A program made the translations under genes and the position numbers. The notes under the pieces are model-generated. The model searched no databases. It was not told the DNA's origin and was given only the letters and a program-made list of their open reading frames with translations. A DNA stretch of 64,000 bases from Elsinoe ampelina (Eukaryota): NCBI GenBank assembly GCA_010093995.1, contig ML992510.1, positions 261,504 through 325,503 of the forward strand, written 5' to 3'. Shown one piece after another: positions 25,500-40,054 of this stretch (the first letter of the stretch is position 1; each line of letters opens with the position of its first letter).

Positions 25500-26400
25500 T
25501 TACTATATAAGTATATTACCTATAACTATTATATTATTTAACTCTAGCTTCTCTATAGCTAACACTCGTAGTGTAAGGTCTACTAGCGCCTAGAGAGCTA
25601 TTACTACTAGCGCCGACTCTATAACCCCCTTACTTCCTAAAGAGGAGGCTAACACCTATACTAGGTATACTAATAGCGTTGCCGAGGGTAAGCTAATAGA
25701 GCTCTTATAAGAGATATAACTAATTCGTAGTAGGTTATATCTATACTAGAGGTAACTTTAGTATCTTCTTCTATCGTAAGTGTAAATACTACGCCTATAG
25801 TAAGTATATATACGAGCCGCTCTTATCTATTCTACGTAATATATACGTTAACGCCTTTAATATAGTTACTAAGCTTAAGGCCCCTAACTAGGCCGGTATT
25901 ACCGCGGCTAAGAAGTATATATATACTATAGTCTATAAGAATGTCTCTAAGGTTAAGAAGTTTAAGACTATACTTAAGGTATACTATACTAATAAGAACA
26001 AGGTCGTCGGCGAGGTCTTAACTCCTTATATAGGGCCCGTAGGTAGCTTACTTAGTAGTATCGCGCTCGAGCGTAAGAAGGTTAAGAAGCTATAGAAGAT
26101 TAGGTATAGCCTTTATAGCTTAATTACTATCGGTAAGGAGGTAAGCTAGACTATACTTCTTATGCGTTATAAACATAGCTAATAGGTTTAGATAGTATAT
26201 AACTCTAGTAGTTCTACTACCAAAATCGACTATGTTATAGCTAGTAGGCAGCTTATAGCCTCTATAGCACCTATAGAGGAGAATCTTAGTGTAGAGGTAG
26301 ATAGGGATAGTAATAAGGACAAGTAGGCATATACGAGCCTAGTATACATCTCTAGTACTATATCTATAATAAGGCCTTATATAGAACATAATAGAGTATA
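25500..26400 (+). pseudogene. RIP-degraded unknown spliced gene
   Basis: De-RIP reading NENKVVGEVLTPHVGPVGGLLGSIALERKKVKKL, with a GTAAG...CTAAT...TAG intron near 26140-26190. Confidence 0.3.
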
Positions 26401-26479
26401 GAGTTTAGGTTAATACCTGTAATAGTAGCGTAAGTATAGTGCTTTATTAAAATGTATTTCCCTAGACAAGGAGTCTACT

Positions 26480-27505
26480 CTTTACTCTATTTATGTATTT
26501 ATATAATCTATCTACTTATATGCTCTATAATCTGCGCCTTTAGCGACCTTTCTTAGCTACTCTCGGCTATAACTTATATATAGCAATTAGCTCTCTTATA
26601 TTCGCGTAATTCTCTTTAGGTTCCTAGCTATTAAACTTAATAAGCTAGTCCTTCTACTTTACTAAGTAGAATACCTTACCCTTTGTAGTTCTCTTACCTA
26701 GGATCTTCTCTACTATCTACTTATCCGCTTCGTTAGTAAGAGGTATACTCTCTTCTAGCTCCTTACTAGCTCTACTTATCTATAGTTTAAGAAGAGATAT
26801 ATAAAAGATATTATAGATACGATACTAACTCGGCAAAGCTAGGCGATACGCCTACGATCTAATTATATTAAGTATATAGAATAGGCTAAGGAATTATAGT
26901 TCTATCTTCTTCTTTAGTATAGGTAGCTATAAGTTCTTAGCCGAGAGTAGTACTAAGTTACCTACGCTATATACCCTTAGCGTATACTTCCTACTATAGT
27001 ACTTAGCCTAGTAGGTAGAAGTCTCTTTCTATTACTCTACTAGCTTCGTATATATATCTCGTAAGTGTTACGCTAACTCTACTACCGCTAGTACTCTTCC
27101 CTCTAAAGTCCTATCCTAAGACTTAATAGCTATTACCTCTAACTCTAGATAGTAGCTATATATTATTTAGAAGAGGCTTATACGTAGCGTAGTATAAACG
27201 CTATTATTACTTATAAATTCCGCTTGTAATAGATGTTCGGCCTAGTCGTTTTATAGCTCTATATAGTAGCACCTTAGGTACTATTCTAACATCTAGTTTT
27301 GCTACTTAGTTTAGCTATCTATCTACGAGTAAAAGGCTATACTAAGCCTACGCTTTACATGCGTTTCGTAATAGAATTTACTCTAGAACTAGCTAGTAAA
27401 GACTAATTCTTAATTGCTTACTATTCCCCTTAGGACACTATAATAGCGAATAACGTAGTTATATAGGATCTTTACTAGCTCTACGTTATAAAAGTCCTAA
27501 GCGTA
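26480..27505 (-). mobile_element. Ty3/gypsy (chromovirus) LTR retrotransposon fragment: integrase + chromodomain, RIP-degraded
   Basis: De-RIP translation GVPRGMVSDR..VFTSQFW...[34 protein letters not shown]...AYRLALPSQYRIHDVFHVSLLEP, and chromodomain W.VEKILGKRTTKGKVFYLVKWKDW. Confidence 0.9.
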
Positions 27506-27566
27506 GAGAGTTAGAATATTAGGTTTCTCTATATTAAACTAAGTTTAACTACATTAGGTTACTATA

Positions 27567-27658
27567 AATGCACTATACCTACCTAAATTTAGTTAAACGC
27601 ACTATACCTATCTAATTTTAGTTAAACGCACCGTACGTGTCTTAGATTAGATAAACGC
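27567..27658. repeat. ~29-bp tandem repeat, ~3 copies
   Basis: aaatgcactatacctacctaaatttagtt / aaacgcactatacctatctaattttagtt / aaacgcaccgtacgtgtcttagattagat / aaacgc. Confidence 0.75.
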
Positions 27659-28299
27659 TCTACTTGCCGTAACTAGAATAGATATAGAAATCAATAAGCA
27701 TCTTCCGGAGAGAGCTCTCTAAGCTAGTATTATTATAGATCTTATCTACTAGATAGAGAGAAAGTATATACTCTATATTATTAAAGCTTAGTATAGAAGC
27801 ACTTTCGCTATAATAGGAAAGTAGACATTATATGCCTTATTCTCTAGCTTGCGATATAAAACTCTAAACTAATATATACTTATTCTAACTCTATTTTATC
27901 GTCTCTACTTAGTTGTCTATTAAGGTATTAGATGTCTCTAAAGATAAGCACTTTCGCGTAACTATATAGCTAGTAATAAAGGTTAACACTAACGAAAAGC
28001 GCCTCTATTGCCCTATAGCCTATAAGTTCTACTATCTAGCGGCCTATATTATTAATAATGTAAAATAAGCTTATAGAGAGGCGTTTATAACTTAGGCTTA
28101 TAGATATAAGAAAGCTTTTCCTAAGAAGGACTTAATTATTATAGCTAAGTATAGTTACAACATTAAGTATAAATACCTATAGACCTATTCTAGTACTTAA
28201 AAGTCGTTAGTAACGTAGAAAGAGAATAATAATAAAAGCTAGATACACTACGTTAATAGTGGCTATAGTAGTAAGGCTATAGCCTATTCTAAGAAGATT

Positions 28300-28945
28300 A
28301 ACACTAATATAGATAGGTACGGGAAGTGTAATAGATATTTAGTTTAGACTAAGCTAATTCCTCGTCTACTAATACGGAATAGTATACCTACTAGAAGGAT
28401 AATTCTAGAGCTACAAAAGACTACCTAGAAAAGTAAGGTCTAATAGACATTAGTATAGTATCTAAGTAGCTCTAGAGATAGTACTAAGAATATAGTAGTC
28501 TAAACGATAGCTTAAAGGCAGTTATAGTAGAGAGGTAAATACTTTTTCTAGGAAGTTTAAGATCTACTTTAACTACCTATCTATAAGGTTATTAGCAAGG
28601 AAGTAATTAGTAATAATAAGAGGCTTCTTCCGCTTCTTACTCTTCTTCTCTACCTTATCGAGCTTAATACTAGTATAGCTATAGACACTAGCGAAGGTAG
28701 AGGTAGTATACTTCTCGCCTTACTAGCCCTCGGCGCTAGTTATAGTAGTCGTTAGAGAGGTAATAGAGGCAGTGTCCGAGTTAAGATTATAGCACTTTAT
28801 TGCTATATATTAAAGATAAAGTTACTCTAACGCGTACTAAGCTTCTAATAATAACCCGTAGTCGTAGCTATATATAAGCAATAGTAGTTATAGAGGGAGT
28901 AGTAGTAGTAGCTTCGGTTATAGTGTACCTTACTATAGCGAAGAG
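28300..28945 (-). pseudogene. RIP-degraded small gene downstream of the Plavaka transposase
   Basis: De-RIP reading includes IKLDKVEKKSKKRKKPLVITDYFLADDL (basic, NLS-like); boundaries uncertain. Confidence 0.3.
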
Positions 28946-29869
28946 TAAGGAGAAAGGTATAGGGGAGAAAGGAGATATCTCTCTCTTAGAGGTAAGTATA
29001 ATAACACTTTTTCCTACTATATTCTACCGCTCTACTATTACTACTACTAAGTAGTAGTTACGGTAATAGCGTATATAGGATAATCTAGTATATAATCTTA
29101 TAGACAGGATTTGTTATATATATGTTATATACTAATAATCTTATAAGGAAATACTTATAACCTATATAGATACGAAGAAGGCTTTAGAGGACAAGGAAGA
29201 GGCTACTTGCTATACTAAAGAGTAGCTTCTTCCTTAACTTGTTTCCTATATATAGTATATATATAGAGATCGACAAGAATATTCCCTAGCGGGTCTTCTA
29301 AGCTAGTATTATTATAGATCTTATCTGTTAAATAGAAAGGAATAAGTCCTTAGTAACTACTCTAGTAGTATTAAGTAGATCCCTACGATATAATAGCGAA
29401 TAGAGTAAAGTACTATCGTCTATATCGGAGTCTTATTAGTAAACTTATTATAGAGAATAAACTTTCCTCTTAGACTACTAACTCCGTTAGTAAAACTAAC
29501 CTAAAGATAACTTACTAACCTAAGCCTTTTACCACTGTTACTAAATACTTAGGGTATGTCTTAAGCATCTTAAAGACTAACTTCTATAACGCCTTACTAT
29601 AATTTTCTAAGCTATTATAATTAGTAAAGGAATAGACTAACTCTTTAGCGTAAAAACTATATAAGGCACCTTAGGCTATAAACCCTATATAGTTTAGAGA
29701 CTAACCTAATAATATATAGGTATAAACTAACTAGTTAGAGTAATACCTACGGAAGTTATTATAACTCGCCTACCTAATATAGTCTAGTAGTTAACTTAAG
29801 TATACCTAAGCGTTAGGCCGTTAATGTAAGAGATAATTATTCTAGCTACGAAAGGAGTACTCTAGCTTT

Positions 29870-32800
29870 GTTAATGCCTACTACGCTTACTAACTACGCC
29901 TAAGAATCTTAACCTCTCTTGTTTCGAAGCCTTAGCTAGGTAGAGCTATTTAGACTTCTATAACTTATTCTATAGCATATTATATGTGTTAAAGTCGGCT
30001 ATGTTATTAATATATATCCGGCTATATAGCTTTATTTTATCTACTAGTATAACGTAGATACTATAGTAGATTTATAAGGTAAAGTAGATATGTCTACTAG
30101 TAAGAGTATTCTATCTAGCTCGCGTACGTCGATTTGTCTAAGGCTTAATTAGTGTTATACTATGCTCTCGATTAGCTACTCTATCTAGCTAAGTAGGCTA
30201 ATATAGATCTACTAGCGCTCCTATATAGTATAGGCGTTAACGCCGGCCCGATCTACTAGACTAGAAGCTATCCTCTATAGTTATTATAAATATAATACGA
30301 GCTAGTAACTTACCTTATAGGCTATTAGGTAATGCTCCGTTAGTGCCTTTATTGTTTATTGTCTATTCTTGCACCTAGAGCTAGTCTTGCCTCTTATTAC
30401 TATATATCCTTTACTATTTAGTTATATACCGGATAAAGTCTTATTTGTCTATATTAGGATTATTAGGATTATAGTTAGATAGTTTCCTACACTTTAAAGA
30501 ATAGTAGAACTTAACGTAGAGGTCGCTTACCTAGGAAGAATCTAGTTTAAGTCTATTAGGATCTAGTTTAGCGTTAAACTAATTAGGGTATTTAGTTCTT
30601 AAGTTAGAGCCTATCTTAGCTATACCTTAATAAGCCTCGTAGATAAACACCGCTATTACTTGCTATAGTAATAGCCTAGGTAGTATATTAATAAGCGCCT
30701 CTAGTTCTCTTACTATACGCTATATAGCTCTCTTCTTAGCGCTAGGCTAGCTAAACTAAGAAGTGACATTTACTATATCGCTTACACTAACTAGCGTACT
30801 CTAGATCTTAATTAGTTTAGTAGCTAATAGCCTAACTAACTTCGAGGGGTTATTAAATACTACTAATATGTTTACTAGTTTAGTGTTATAAGTAGTAACT
30901 TAGTCTTTCTATCTAGCCTTCTTATTTATAAGTTTAAAGGCGTTCTTAATAAAGTATATATAATTATACTTTAAATAATTAGAATCGAGGCTAGTAACTA
31001 CTTCGAAATTATAAATAGCCTTTAAAAAATATATTATTAAGTACTATTTCGGAAAGTTAAAGTTACTCTCTTCTTTCCTGTTACTATAATAGGCCTAGAA
31101 GGTTTCTTTATACTTGTTTATCCTAAAGAGCGTAAGGTTAATATACTAGAGTATATTATTATTATAGGTCTTATAGTTTACTAGTAATATAAAGTCGACT
31201 AGTGCGCGTATAAACTTAATAGCTTAAGGCGCCTTAACCTCCTCGAGTAGTGGTATAAATACTAGAAGCATCTAGCGTATAATACTCTTCTACTCTTAAC
31301 CTATCTATTACTTAATAGCTAAGTAGTGTAAGAAGTATCGAATGCTAGGAAACACTAGTATACTATCGAAATACTTATTAATAATATTAAGTATAATCTT
31401 CTTTACTAAGCGCTAGTAGCCTATTTACTATATAGTCTCTCTAGCCTTTATATACCGTAGTAATCTCTATATAGGCATTAAATTCTAGAGCAATTTTCGA
31501 GTTTAGTATAAGACATATATTAAAACGCCTTTAAGAAGTTAGTATAGAATATCTAGTACTATCGCGTAGTAAATATTAGTATATAGAAGATCCTACGCGA
31601 AGTAACTAACTATATAAACCTAAGAGCTTATATCTATCTTCTTACTCTACTACTAACTCTCGCGTACTTCTCTCTATAAGTGCTATTATTACTACGTAGA
31701 GTAGTAAGTTCGGAATAGCATAGTAACTACTAGGTCCTCCTTTTCGTCCTTACTAATTAGGCAACTTATACAATAATATAGTAACTTTATACCAGTTATA
31801 GTAACCTATTTAGCGTAATCCGTAGGTATAGTAGCAAGTATAGGGAAGTACCTTTACCTCTTTCTATCCGTATAGAAGATTGTTTTACTCTCTCTTAAGT
31901 AGTAATTAACAATAGTATTAAAGATTTTCTTTATGTAAGTATAGTAGGTCTTCTCCTTAATAACATTACTACTATCTTTAATAATAGAAAGTAAGCTAAT
32001 TAGTAACTACCTCGGCCGGTAGTTGCTATTATATACTTTCGCCTTTAGGTTGCCTAATAATAGATAGATAGTATATACTATAAGATCTTCTTAATAGTTT
32101 ATTACCTAGGTCTAATTACTCGCGACAATTAATAGGATAATAGTAGCCCCTAGTATCCTAAGTCGCTTTTATATATTCTACTACTAGTTGCCGCTTACTA
32201 TTTTAGTATATACTTGTCGTAGCGGCTTACTCTTAATAGCTTCTATAAAGACTCTATATAGGCTATAGTCTATGTCTACTATAAAACTACGATAGTTAAG
32301 TAAGAAGCGTATCGCTATAAGAATATCTAGATACTAGAACGTGTGTCTTTTAGGCCTATAATTAGTGTTTAGTATAAAGCTTAAGGTCTACTAGCTATTA
32401 ATGCCCCCGCTTGTATCTAAATTCTCTATCTTCTCTATTAGTTTATTCGTAGTTCGCTAACTAAGGCTCTCTACTAGAGGTTATATACGTAGGTCTTTAA
32501 GTAATTATATAATTATAGCTCTACTAAGTTTCTCCTTTATAAGCTACTAGGTAAGACCTACGTCTATGTCGCTAATAAAGGCTTCCTTTAGTTAAGTCTC
32601 GCCTAACTAATTATAATTTAGTTTATCGTTAGTGTTAGTATATATATTATAGACTTAGAAAGATCTAGACAAGATTAGTCGACGTAAACTAAGAATAAAC
32701 TATGTCTATAACTAACTCTTCGCTACTAGCTAGTATACTAGTAGCTATCTCGAACGTAGTATAATTAGATATAGCTCTACTAGATAAGGACAACCTCCTA

Positions 32801-33006
32801 GTACTCTACTCTATAGACGTACTACTAGTTATGCTTACTATAATTACTTACTCCTTCTCGTATATGCCTTCTATTATAACCTTGTCTATGCCTTTCTCTT
32901 CCTTATATACGTTACTATCGAGCCTACTATTACTATTACTATCTATTCTACGTGCTAGAGGTCGAGGGTCTAGGTTAGTAAAGAGACTAAGAGGATTATC
33001 CGCTAT
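29870..33006 (-). mobile_element. Plavaka-type transposase gene, near full length, RIP-inactivated
   Basis: De-RIP motifs in the expected order: QVYTEMASGNWWW..Q..GATIIPLIVASDQTQ; CADGKRRRCFPVLAAVPADYAEQ...HCVSC; KQWTGQEQK...RALVDFVLLANYKTHDDDTL; FNFPKWH; EHNH...KNAFELTNKK; C-terminal YINNMADFDTYNMLW. These match my recollection of the Plavaka family. Confidence 0.82.
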
Positions 33007-33120
33007 ACTATGCTATATAGTAGGCAAAGAGGGAAGAATACTCTTTGCTAGCTATAGACTTTCGTTTCTACTCTAGTATTTAGTTTAATTCTTAGTTACT
33101 ATTATTCGTAGCGGAGTAAA
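32652..33120. repeat. Block B copy 1 (~470 bp; probably the 5' exon of the Plavaka gene)
   Basis: Direct repeat of 40055-40520, e.g. gacttagaaagatctagacaagattag vs gacttagagagatctagataagattag. Confidence 0.9.
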
Positions 33121-33599
33121 GTAAACTAGTAAGTTATTTAGTATTAGCGGACTATGTTATATATTACTAGTAATACTACCTTATTAGCCTTTATTAGATA
33201 GTAAGTGCTCTCCCTTATTAAATAAGTAAGAATTATTACTAGCGTTGTCTCTATATAGATATCTATTACTATATTACTCTAGTAAGACTTACGCTATATT
33301 ACTTATTAGTAGCTCTCTCCTCTAGTAATATAGCAGATGTTAGATAAGGCCTCTACTAGATTATATAATCTTCCTATAGGCTAAGCATTTACTAATTTAC
33401 CTTAGTATATCTATATTTGTTACTTAAGATCTAAATTTATAGTTAGAGTTAGCTAGCTAAATTTTAGCGATAGTAGAAAGTAAGAAACGTTTAGATACTA
33501 TATTATATTAGGTAACCTAAAAGATAGTTTAATATATATAGGGAACTAAAATAGTCCGCTAAACTAAAGAATTATATTTTTAAGTAATATAGTTAGACT

Positions 33600-36500
33600 A
33601 TTATCTAGTAATCTTAATTATTATCTACAACAATTGTGTTCTTCTTCGCTATAGCTTATTAAAGTTTCTAGATCTCTACTCTCTACTTCTCTATTTCCTC
33701 GTAGATAACCTTCTATATTATTAATAGCCTACCCTATCTACTATTAAGCTATTCTAGAGGCCTATAGAATAGAGCTATTAGCTTTATTATAAACGCCTCT
33801 ATATAGTTAGCTTTCTAAGACTTAATGTTTCTATAGACCTAAGCTAGACACTAAAGGACAGATTATAATACTAATACTATGTCGAGTAAGATTATAGTGT
33901 CGAAGTAGTTTAGATTAAGACTAGTCTTAATAGCTCTACCCTAGGCAATTAAGATCCTTAAGCCTTCTAGCCTATTAGGTTTAATAAATATATTATTAGA
34001 TATAGCTATATTAACAATGTCTATATAGGTAGGTATAGATGTTATTCTATAGTAGACAATAACTATATTAGCATCCTTATCGATCCTAATTGCTTTACTA
34101 TCTAGGTGCTTCTCGAGCTATTTTAGATACTATACCCTTGTTAGTAATAACCTAAATAGACTAAATAGACTAAACTAACTATTGTAGCAACTACTAGCAC
34201 TAATAGTATAAACGTATAGACAATTACTTACCTCTTTAGCTCCTTCGAATAGAAGACATTCTACTTAATAATCTTAGAAATAACACTATAAAGGACCTTT
34301 ATCTAAGGACTAGCGTAGATCTTGTCTATATACTACTATAGCACTATCTCCGAGGGGTTATATATAATTTCGTAGGCAAACTTAATAGTAAAGTTGCTAA
34401 ACTCTTCTATAACTATAGGATTGTTCTAGAATATATCTATAAGAGCGAGAAATATAGAGAAAAGCAGTAGTAGCGTAACTAGGCTTAGTATTTACTCCTT
34501 AGTCTTCTTATTAAGGATTATCTCTAATGTTACTTTAGGCTTATTAGATTTATCCTTTTACCTATTAATTGCCTCTTATATATTCTTATCTATATCCTGT
34601 TTAATCTTCTTCTATGTATTTATAAGACTATAAAGATACTTATCCTCGATAGTAATCTCTAGGTTAAAGGTAGAATGTAGTAGAACTCTAATAGCTAGCA
34701 GACTAGGAGTAGTATCGAAAGGTTTCTAGAAGTAGTTTATATTTATCTTAATAAGAATATTCGTAAGGATAGTGCTCTATTTACTAACTATTACTATAAT
34801 CTCTTCTATAAACTATATACTTCTCTTTTTGTTAAACTTACTAGAGTTATTATTCGCCTTATACTATTTGTTAATTACAAAGGCATAGTCTAATACTATT
34901 TAGAAGTTAAGCTTATTAGTAATAGCTTATTAAGTCTTATCTAGTATTGTCTTTAGTGTTACTTAACATTTATTATTCTTAGCCTTAGTTAGCTCTTACT
35001 TAGATTTATAGATATAGTTCTTATTAAATTCTCCTATTCTACTTCTATTTATATTAAGCTTTTCTAATCTAAAGTCCTTATATATAGCTACTATTAAGAA
35101 CGCTACTACGTTTAAGTACTTAACAAATAGCGTCCTACTTATACCTAGTATAAAAGGCCTCCTTAGTAGTATTCCTAGACAAAACTAGGTCTACGTCTTC
35201 TAGCTAGTGACCTAATAGAACTTATTAAAGATAATAGTAGCCTAGTTTATAGACGTAGACCCTAGCTTTCTCTCTTATCCCTTAGGAACAAAGTTCTAAT
35301 CCTTAGTGTTTATATTATTCTTACTAAGGAAGTAGTAGATTATAGTGTTACAAGTAGTAAAGAAGAACTAATTATTTATCTATAAGGTCCAGGGGTGTTA
35401 CTTATGTATATTAACTAGTTATAAGACTATAATAGTGTCGATAGACTTACTAGACTTATCTATTAGCTAAGACTTCTATTAGTAGTAGCCTATAGGTAGA
35501 TTCTCTTTGCGAATTAAAGTATCTATGTTATATATGTTACTATACTTATCTTCTCGTATAGCTTAGAATATTCTTCCCTAGTATAGAATAACCTTTATAT
35601 TAGGTATAAACTTCTATATCTCCTACGCTTACTATTTTATTACGTTTAATCCACTAATAATTAGATTATAGCTAATAGTATCTATAGAAGTAATATCTAG
35701 CTATAGCTCGTTAACTAGTGTCTTTACCTTCTAGTACTTACTCTACTTATCCTTAGGTATAGTAGTATAGTTAGTATTCTAAATAACCTTTTTATTTAAG
35801 TTCCGAATTAGTAAGAGAAAGAAGAGTCCTATTAGAGTCTTTCTAAATTCTATCTTATATATAAATATAAATACTAGATAGCCTTCGAGGTATTTCTTAA
35901 GTATAACAAGCGCTAAGTATATCTATACTACCTCGACTAGATACTTCTTATTCTAACTAAAATACTATATACTAGCGTTCGGTAAGTAGATGTCTTTCTT
36001 AAAGCCTATAAAGTTATAGACTCTTTCCTAGAACTCTTCGGACTAGTAATTAATTCTAGTACCTATAGGGATAAAGCTTTAGTTAGCTAGATTATTACTA
36101 GTTTACTTATCGTCGTTGTCGTTTATAGTATAAAGTTTAACAAAGTCTAAGCTACTAAGAGTCTTATTAAATATACAAGTTACAAGCGCTAGAATAGGTA
36201 TAGATAGCATCTTAGGGACTAACGGAATATAGTACCTTACTCGCTCCTTACTAGGTATAATTATAAAGGGATACTAATTACTGTCTTAGTATTACTTATA
36301 GTATTTGTCTTCTATTACCCGAGTAGGACAATAGTTAATAGTAGTATTATTCTTGTTAGGTAGTAGAGAGCTAAGTTACTTCTTAGAAGTAGGTTTATAT
36401 AGTAGTAGGCGCTTAGCTAGAGATAGAGGGGCTAGAGGTTTCTCTTTCTCTTTCTCCTAGACTAGAGTTAATAGCTTTTAACTATTATAATACTAAAGAG

Positions 36501-37592
36501 GATTAACTAAGTATATTAGTATATACCTAAGTTAAACTAAGTATTAAACTTATAAAGTACTTCTTTAGGGAGCTTCTTAACTAGATCTATACTAGGCGTA
36601 AGATAGATAAAAATTATATTACTATCTTTAACTAGAGAGTTAACATAGTTAATTATAGTAGCACGTAGGTCGTAGTTGTCTAAGATAGGTAGAATGTTAT
36701 ATAGCTCTATATAATCTATCTATATAAGAATAATATTATTACTAATTAACTTCTTCTTCTTTAGGAATAGCCTAATGTTATTAAGGCTATATACGTTTAG
36801 ATTATAATTCCCTAGATGTAACTTTAAAATTCTTAGACTAAATACCTATAGACAATATAAATATCTTCTTTTTATAATTATGCCTAGGCTAACATCTAAT
36901 TACTTAATAATTATAAAGTTAATAATAGTTTTATCGATAATACTCTAGACTAGATAAGACATATCCTCTAGTATTTACTACTAACGTATAGGCTAACTAG
37001 TGTAGTAATTAATATCTATACCTACAAGTCTAATACTAAGTATAAAAGTCTCTAATCTTTCGGAGAGTCTACTATTAGACTAGGTAGCGGAGAGGCGCTT
37101 TCTAATATACTTCTTAGGATAAGCCTTCTTATCTACTTTAGTCTAATTCTTCTTATTCCTAAGCTCTTATACCTTAATAGTAAGGACAAAATCTTTAATA
37201 ATATTATAACTAGATATATCGTTATAGTTTCTAATATTTCTCTTAAACTAGTCTTAGTCTTAATAGTATAGTCTTTAAAAGATCTTTGTATAGTTATTCT
37301 AAGAGTATTATAGGAAAGTTTTAATATTAATTATAATTATAGTTATATTAATATTACTGTCCTAAGGTTCCTTATATTTAAGTCCTAGAACTATATAGGT
37401 ATTCTTATATTCTTCCTATACTCTTATATATATAGTAGCGTACTAGTCGTTGTCCTAGTTAAAGAATTTAAGGAAGAATCTCTTAATCTTAAGGTTTTTA
37501 TTAAGCTATACTTAAATTTCTATAGGAGGTCTTTTATAGAGCGGAATATTGTTAGTAGCTATACTAGCGCTATTAGGCTAATTCTTAGACAT
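33600..37592 (-). pseudogene. Large unknown multi-exon gene 'X1', RIP-inactivated
   Basis: De-RIP reading MSKNQPDG...FFLEFFDQDNDWYATMYVRV...QDQDWFERN ... KELKR|intron|SLPTRVQHLKQLEKHPDGKAIGIDKD; paralogous to X2. The 3' end is approximate. Confidence 0.55.
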
Positions 37593-38524
37593 ATTATATA
37601 CATCTATAAGCTTAGTATATGCTATAAATAAAGCTTAGAATAATATCTAGTAAACAGGTTAAGTAGGTATAGTAGATATTAAAGAAGAAATTTCGTAAAG
37701 GTATTACATATTTATAAGTTTAGAAGAATTAAGGAGAGAATTTATTAACGTAGTAGGTCTATATACTTCGTAATATATACCTAACTAAGACTTAACTAAA
37801 GAGGAGATATTTAAGTAAAAAGCGCTTAAAAGAGAGATTAAAGAGGTTAAAGAAATACTAGAGAGCTATATAAATTATTTGTTTATATATAAGAGAGTAT
37901 AAATAAAAGTAAACTAAAGCAATTAAGGAGAGAAGTAACCTAAATTTAGTTAACTTAGGTCAGGCTCTAAACTAAGCACGTAGTAGTATACTAGATATAG
38001 TATATATATAATAGTAGATTACTTAGTTTAGACACTAAACTAAGAGTAACTATAGTTCGTGTACTTAGTTATCTTTTATTTTATATACTATATATACTAA
38101 GGATACTATTGTTATATTTAGGGTAGATCTTAAGGAATAATAGTCTAATAAATAGAGGAAATATAGTAGTAGTTAATATAAAATAATTAAATAATATTTT
38201 AATAGCGAAACTAGTATTCGTATATAAAGGATAATAGTAATAGAACATAAATAGAAGGTAGTTAGTAGCCTATAGTAGAATAAAGGGCATAGTATATATA
38301 GTGTATAGTATAGCTTATAGATGCTAGTAAAGAAATAAAGAAAGTAATATACTACTATCTAATTATCTAGACTTTATAATTGCTATATATAGAATTAAGT
38401 AGTAGAGTAGAGTAAAGGCTATATATTCTACAGAACGGGCGGTTAATAGTATATTCTATATAATTATAAATGCGCTTTATTCCTCGCCTAGCTCTACTAG
38501 GAAGGCAATAGCGAGAGAGGACGC

Positions 38525-39293
38525 TACTAGTATAGCTTTGCCTATAATACTCTTTATAGTAAGCTACTATCTAGTAGAAGGTAGTAGATATATCTTTACC
38601 TACGATATTGCTCTATCTCTTCCTCTTTGTTATACTAGTTGTTCTTCTATAATTCTCCCCTTAACATTCTTATACTATAAGGCAAGTAATTCCTAGTAGA
38701 CGCTAGCTTCTCTACTCTCTTTACGTACGCTAGAACCCTTAGTAGCGCTATCTATAAGATCGAGAGATACTCCGCGATAGATTTACTTAGTTATAGCTAC
38801 TAAGTAGAGATAGTAGCTAGTTCTACTAATAATACGTAGCTAGTATAAAGGAAGCTATAGAGAGCAGCAGTAGCGGGGAGAGAGAAAGAAGTATTAGAGT
38901 CTTTTTATATACCCTTAAGCCTATAGCGGCGTAGTAGGCAAGATAGAGAGGTATACTATAATAGATTTACTCTAGCGTAACTACTAGGTACTAGTAGTAG
39001 TTAATCCTATAAATACAACATAGCTAGTATAGAGAATACTATTAGAAGTAGTAGTAATAGTAAGGCGAGAGTAAATGTTAGAGTTGCTATTATATATATA
39101 GCAATAGATAATTATAATATACTAGGCAGGGGATCTGCTATAATAGATAGCTAGCTATTATTAAGGTCGGATAGAGAGGAGAGAAAAGGTTATACTAGAG
39201 ACGCTAACGCCTATATTTAGATCGGTGTAAGTAGAGAGCGTAAACTAAGGCGTTATAGTAAATTATATCTGCGATATAGTTATGTCGCTATAA
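38525..39293. repeat. Block A copy 1 (~770 bp)
   Basis: Direct repeat of 45751-46520; mirrored at 63245-64000 (cut by the window end). Confidence 0.92.
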
Positions 39294-39417
39294 ATAGGGT
39301 TTATAACGCGTTTATAATACTATAAAGATTATAAGTCTCTAAATATACAATACTTAACTTTAGAGAAGAATATAATTAGATAGCATTATATAATTAAGTT
39401 CTAAGGAGTACTTAATC

Positions 39418-39680
39418 TAGTTAGGTTAAAATTTTAAGTTATTCTTAAACTTCGAGAGAGAGAACTAAGAAATTGTTAGTTTAACGTAATAAACTACTAG
39501 CTGTCCTCTACTAGCTATAGTTAGGTTAAAATTTTAANNNNNNNNNNACGTAATAAACTACTAGCTGTCCTCTACTAGCTATAGTTAGGTTAAAATTTTA
39601 AGTTATCTTTAAACTTCGAGAGAGAGAACTAAGAAATTATTAGTTCGATATAATAAACTACTAGCTGTCTCCTACTAGCT
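39418..39680. repeat. 100-bp tandem repeat spanning an assembly gap (N at 39538-39547)
   Basis: Unit tagttaggttaaaattttaagtt...gagagagagaactaagaaatt...ctactagct; two clean copies in the mirror arm at 62922-63121. Confidence 0.85.
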
Positions 39681-40054
39681 GCCCTCTACTACTACTATAT
39701 ATAACATACTAGAGATAGAGTAAAGCGACAATTTGTACTACTAAATTTAAGCTAAGTAAGCTTCCTACTAGTAAACACTATTTTGCTATTAGTTAGACTA
39801 CTATAGCCTTTACGTGTGTAACTTAGACATATCTTTAGTAATCTTACGTAGGTAGAAGTAGATTTATTAGAACATTATATAGGGGCTAGTAAGTATATTC
39901 TACTAGAAGGCGCTTCTACTATAACGACCTAACTCGAATTAAAATTATCTATCTAAGTTAGTAGCTTACCTTTTATTAAATGTTAGAGCGCCGAGCTAAG
40001 AGTTCTTAGCTAAGCTATATCTTATTAATCGCTCGGGGCGAAGGATATATTATA

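Noticed and set aside
27567..27658. CRISPR-like array
   Set aside because: Eukaryotic context, adjacent degenerate units without unique spacers, and no cas genes.
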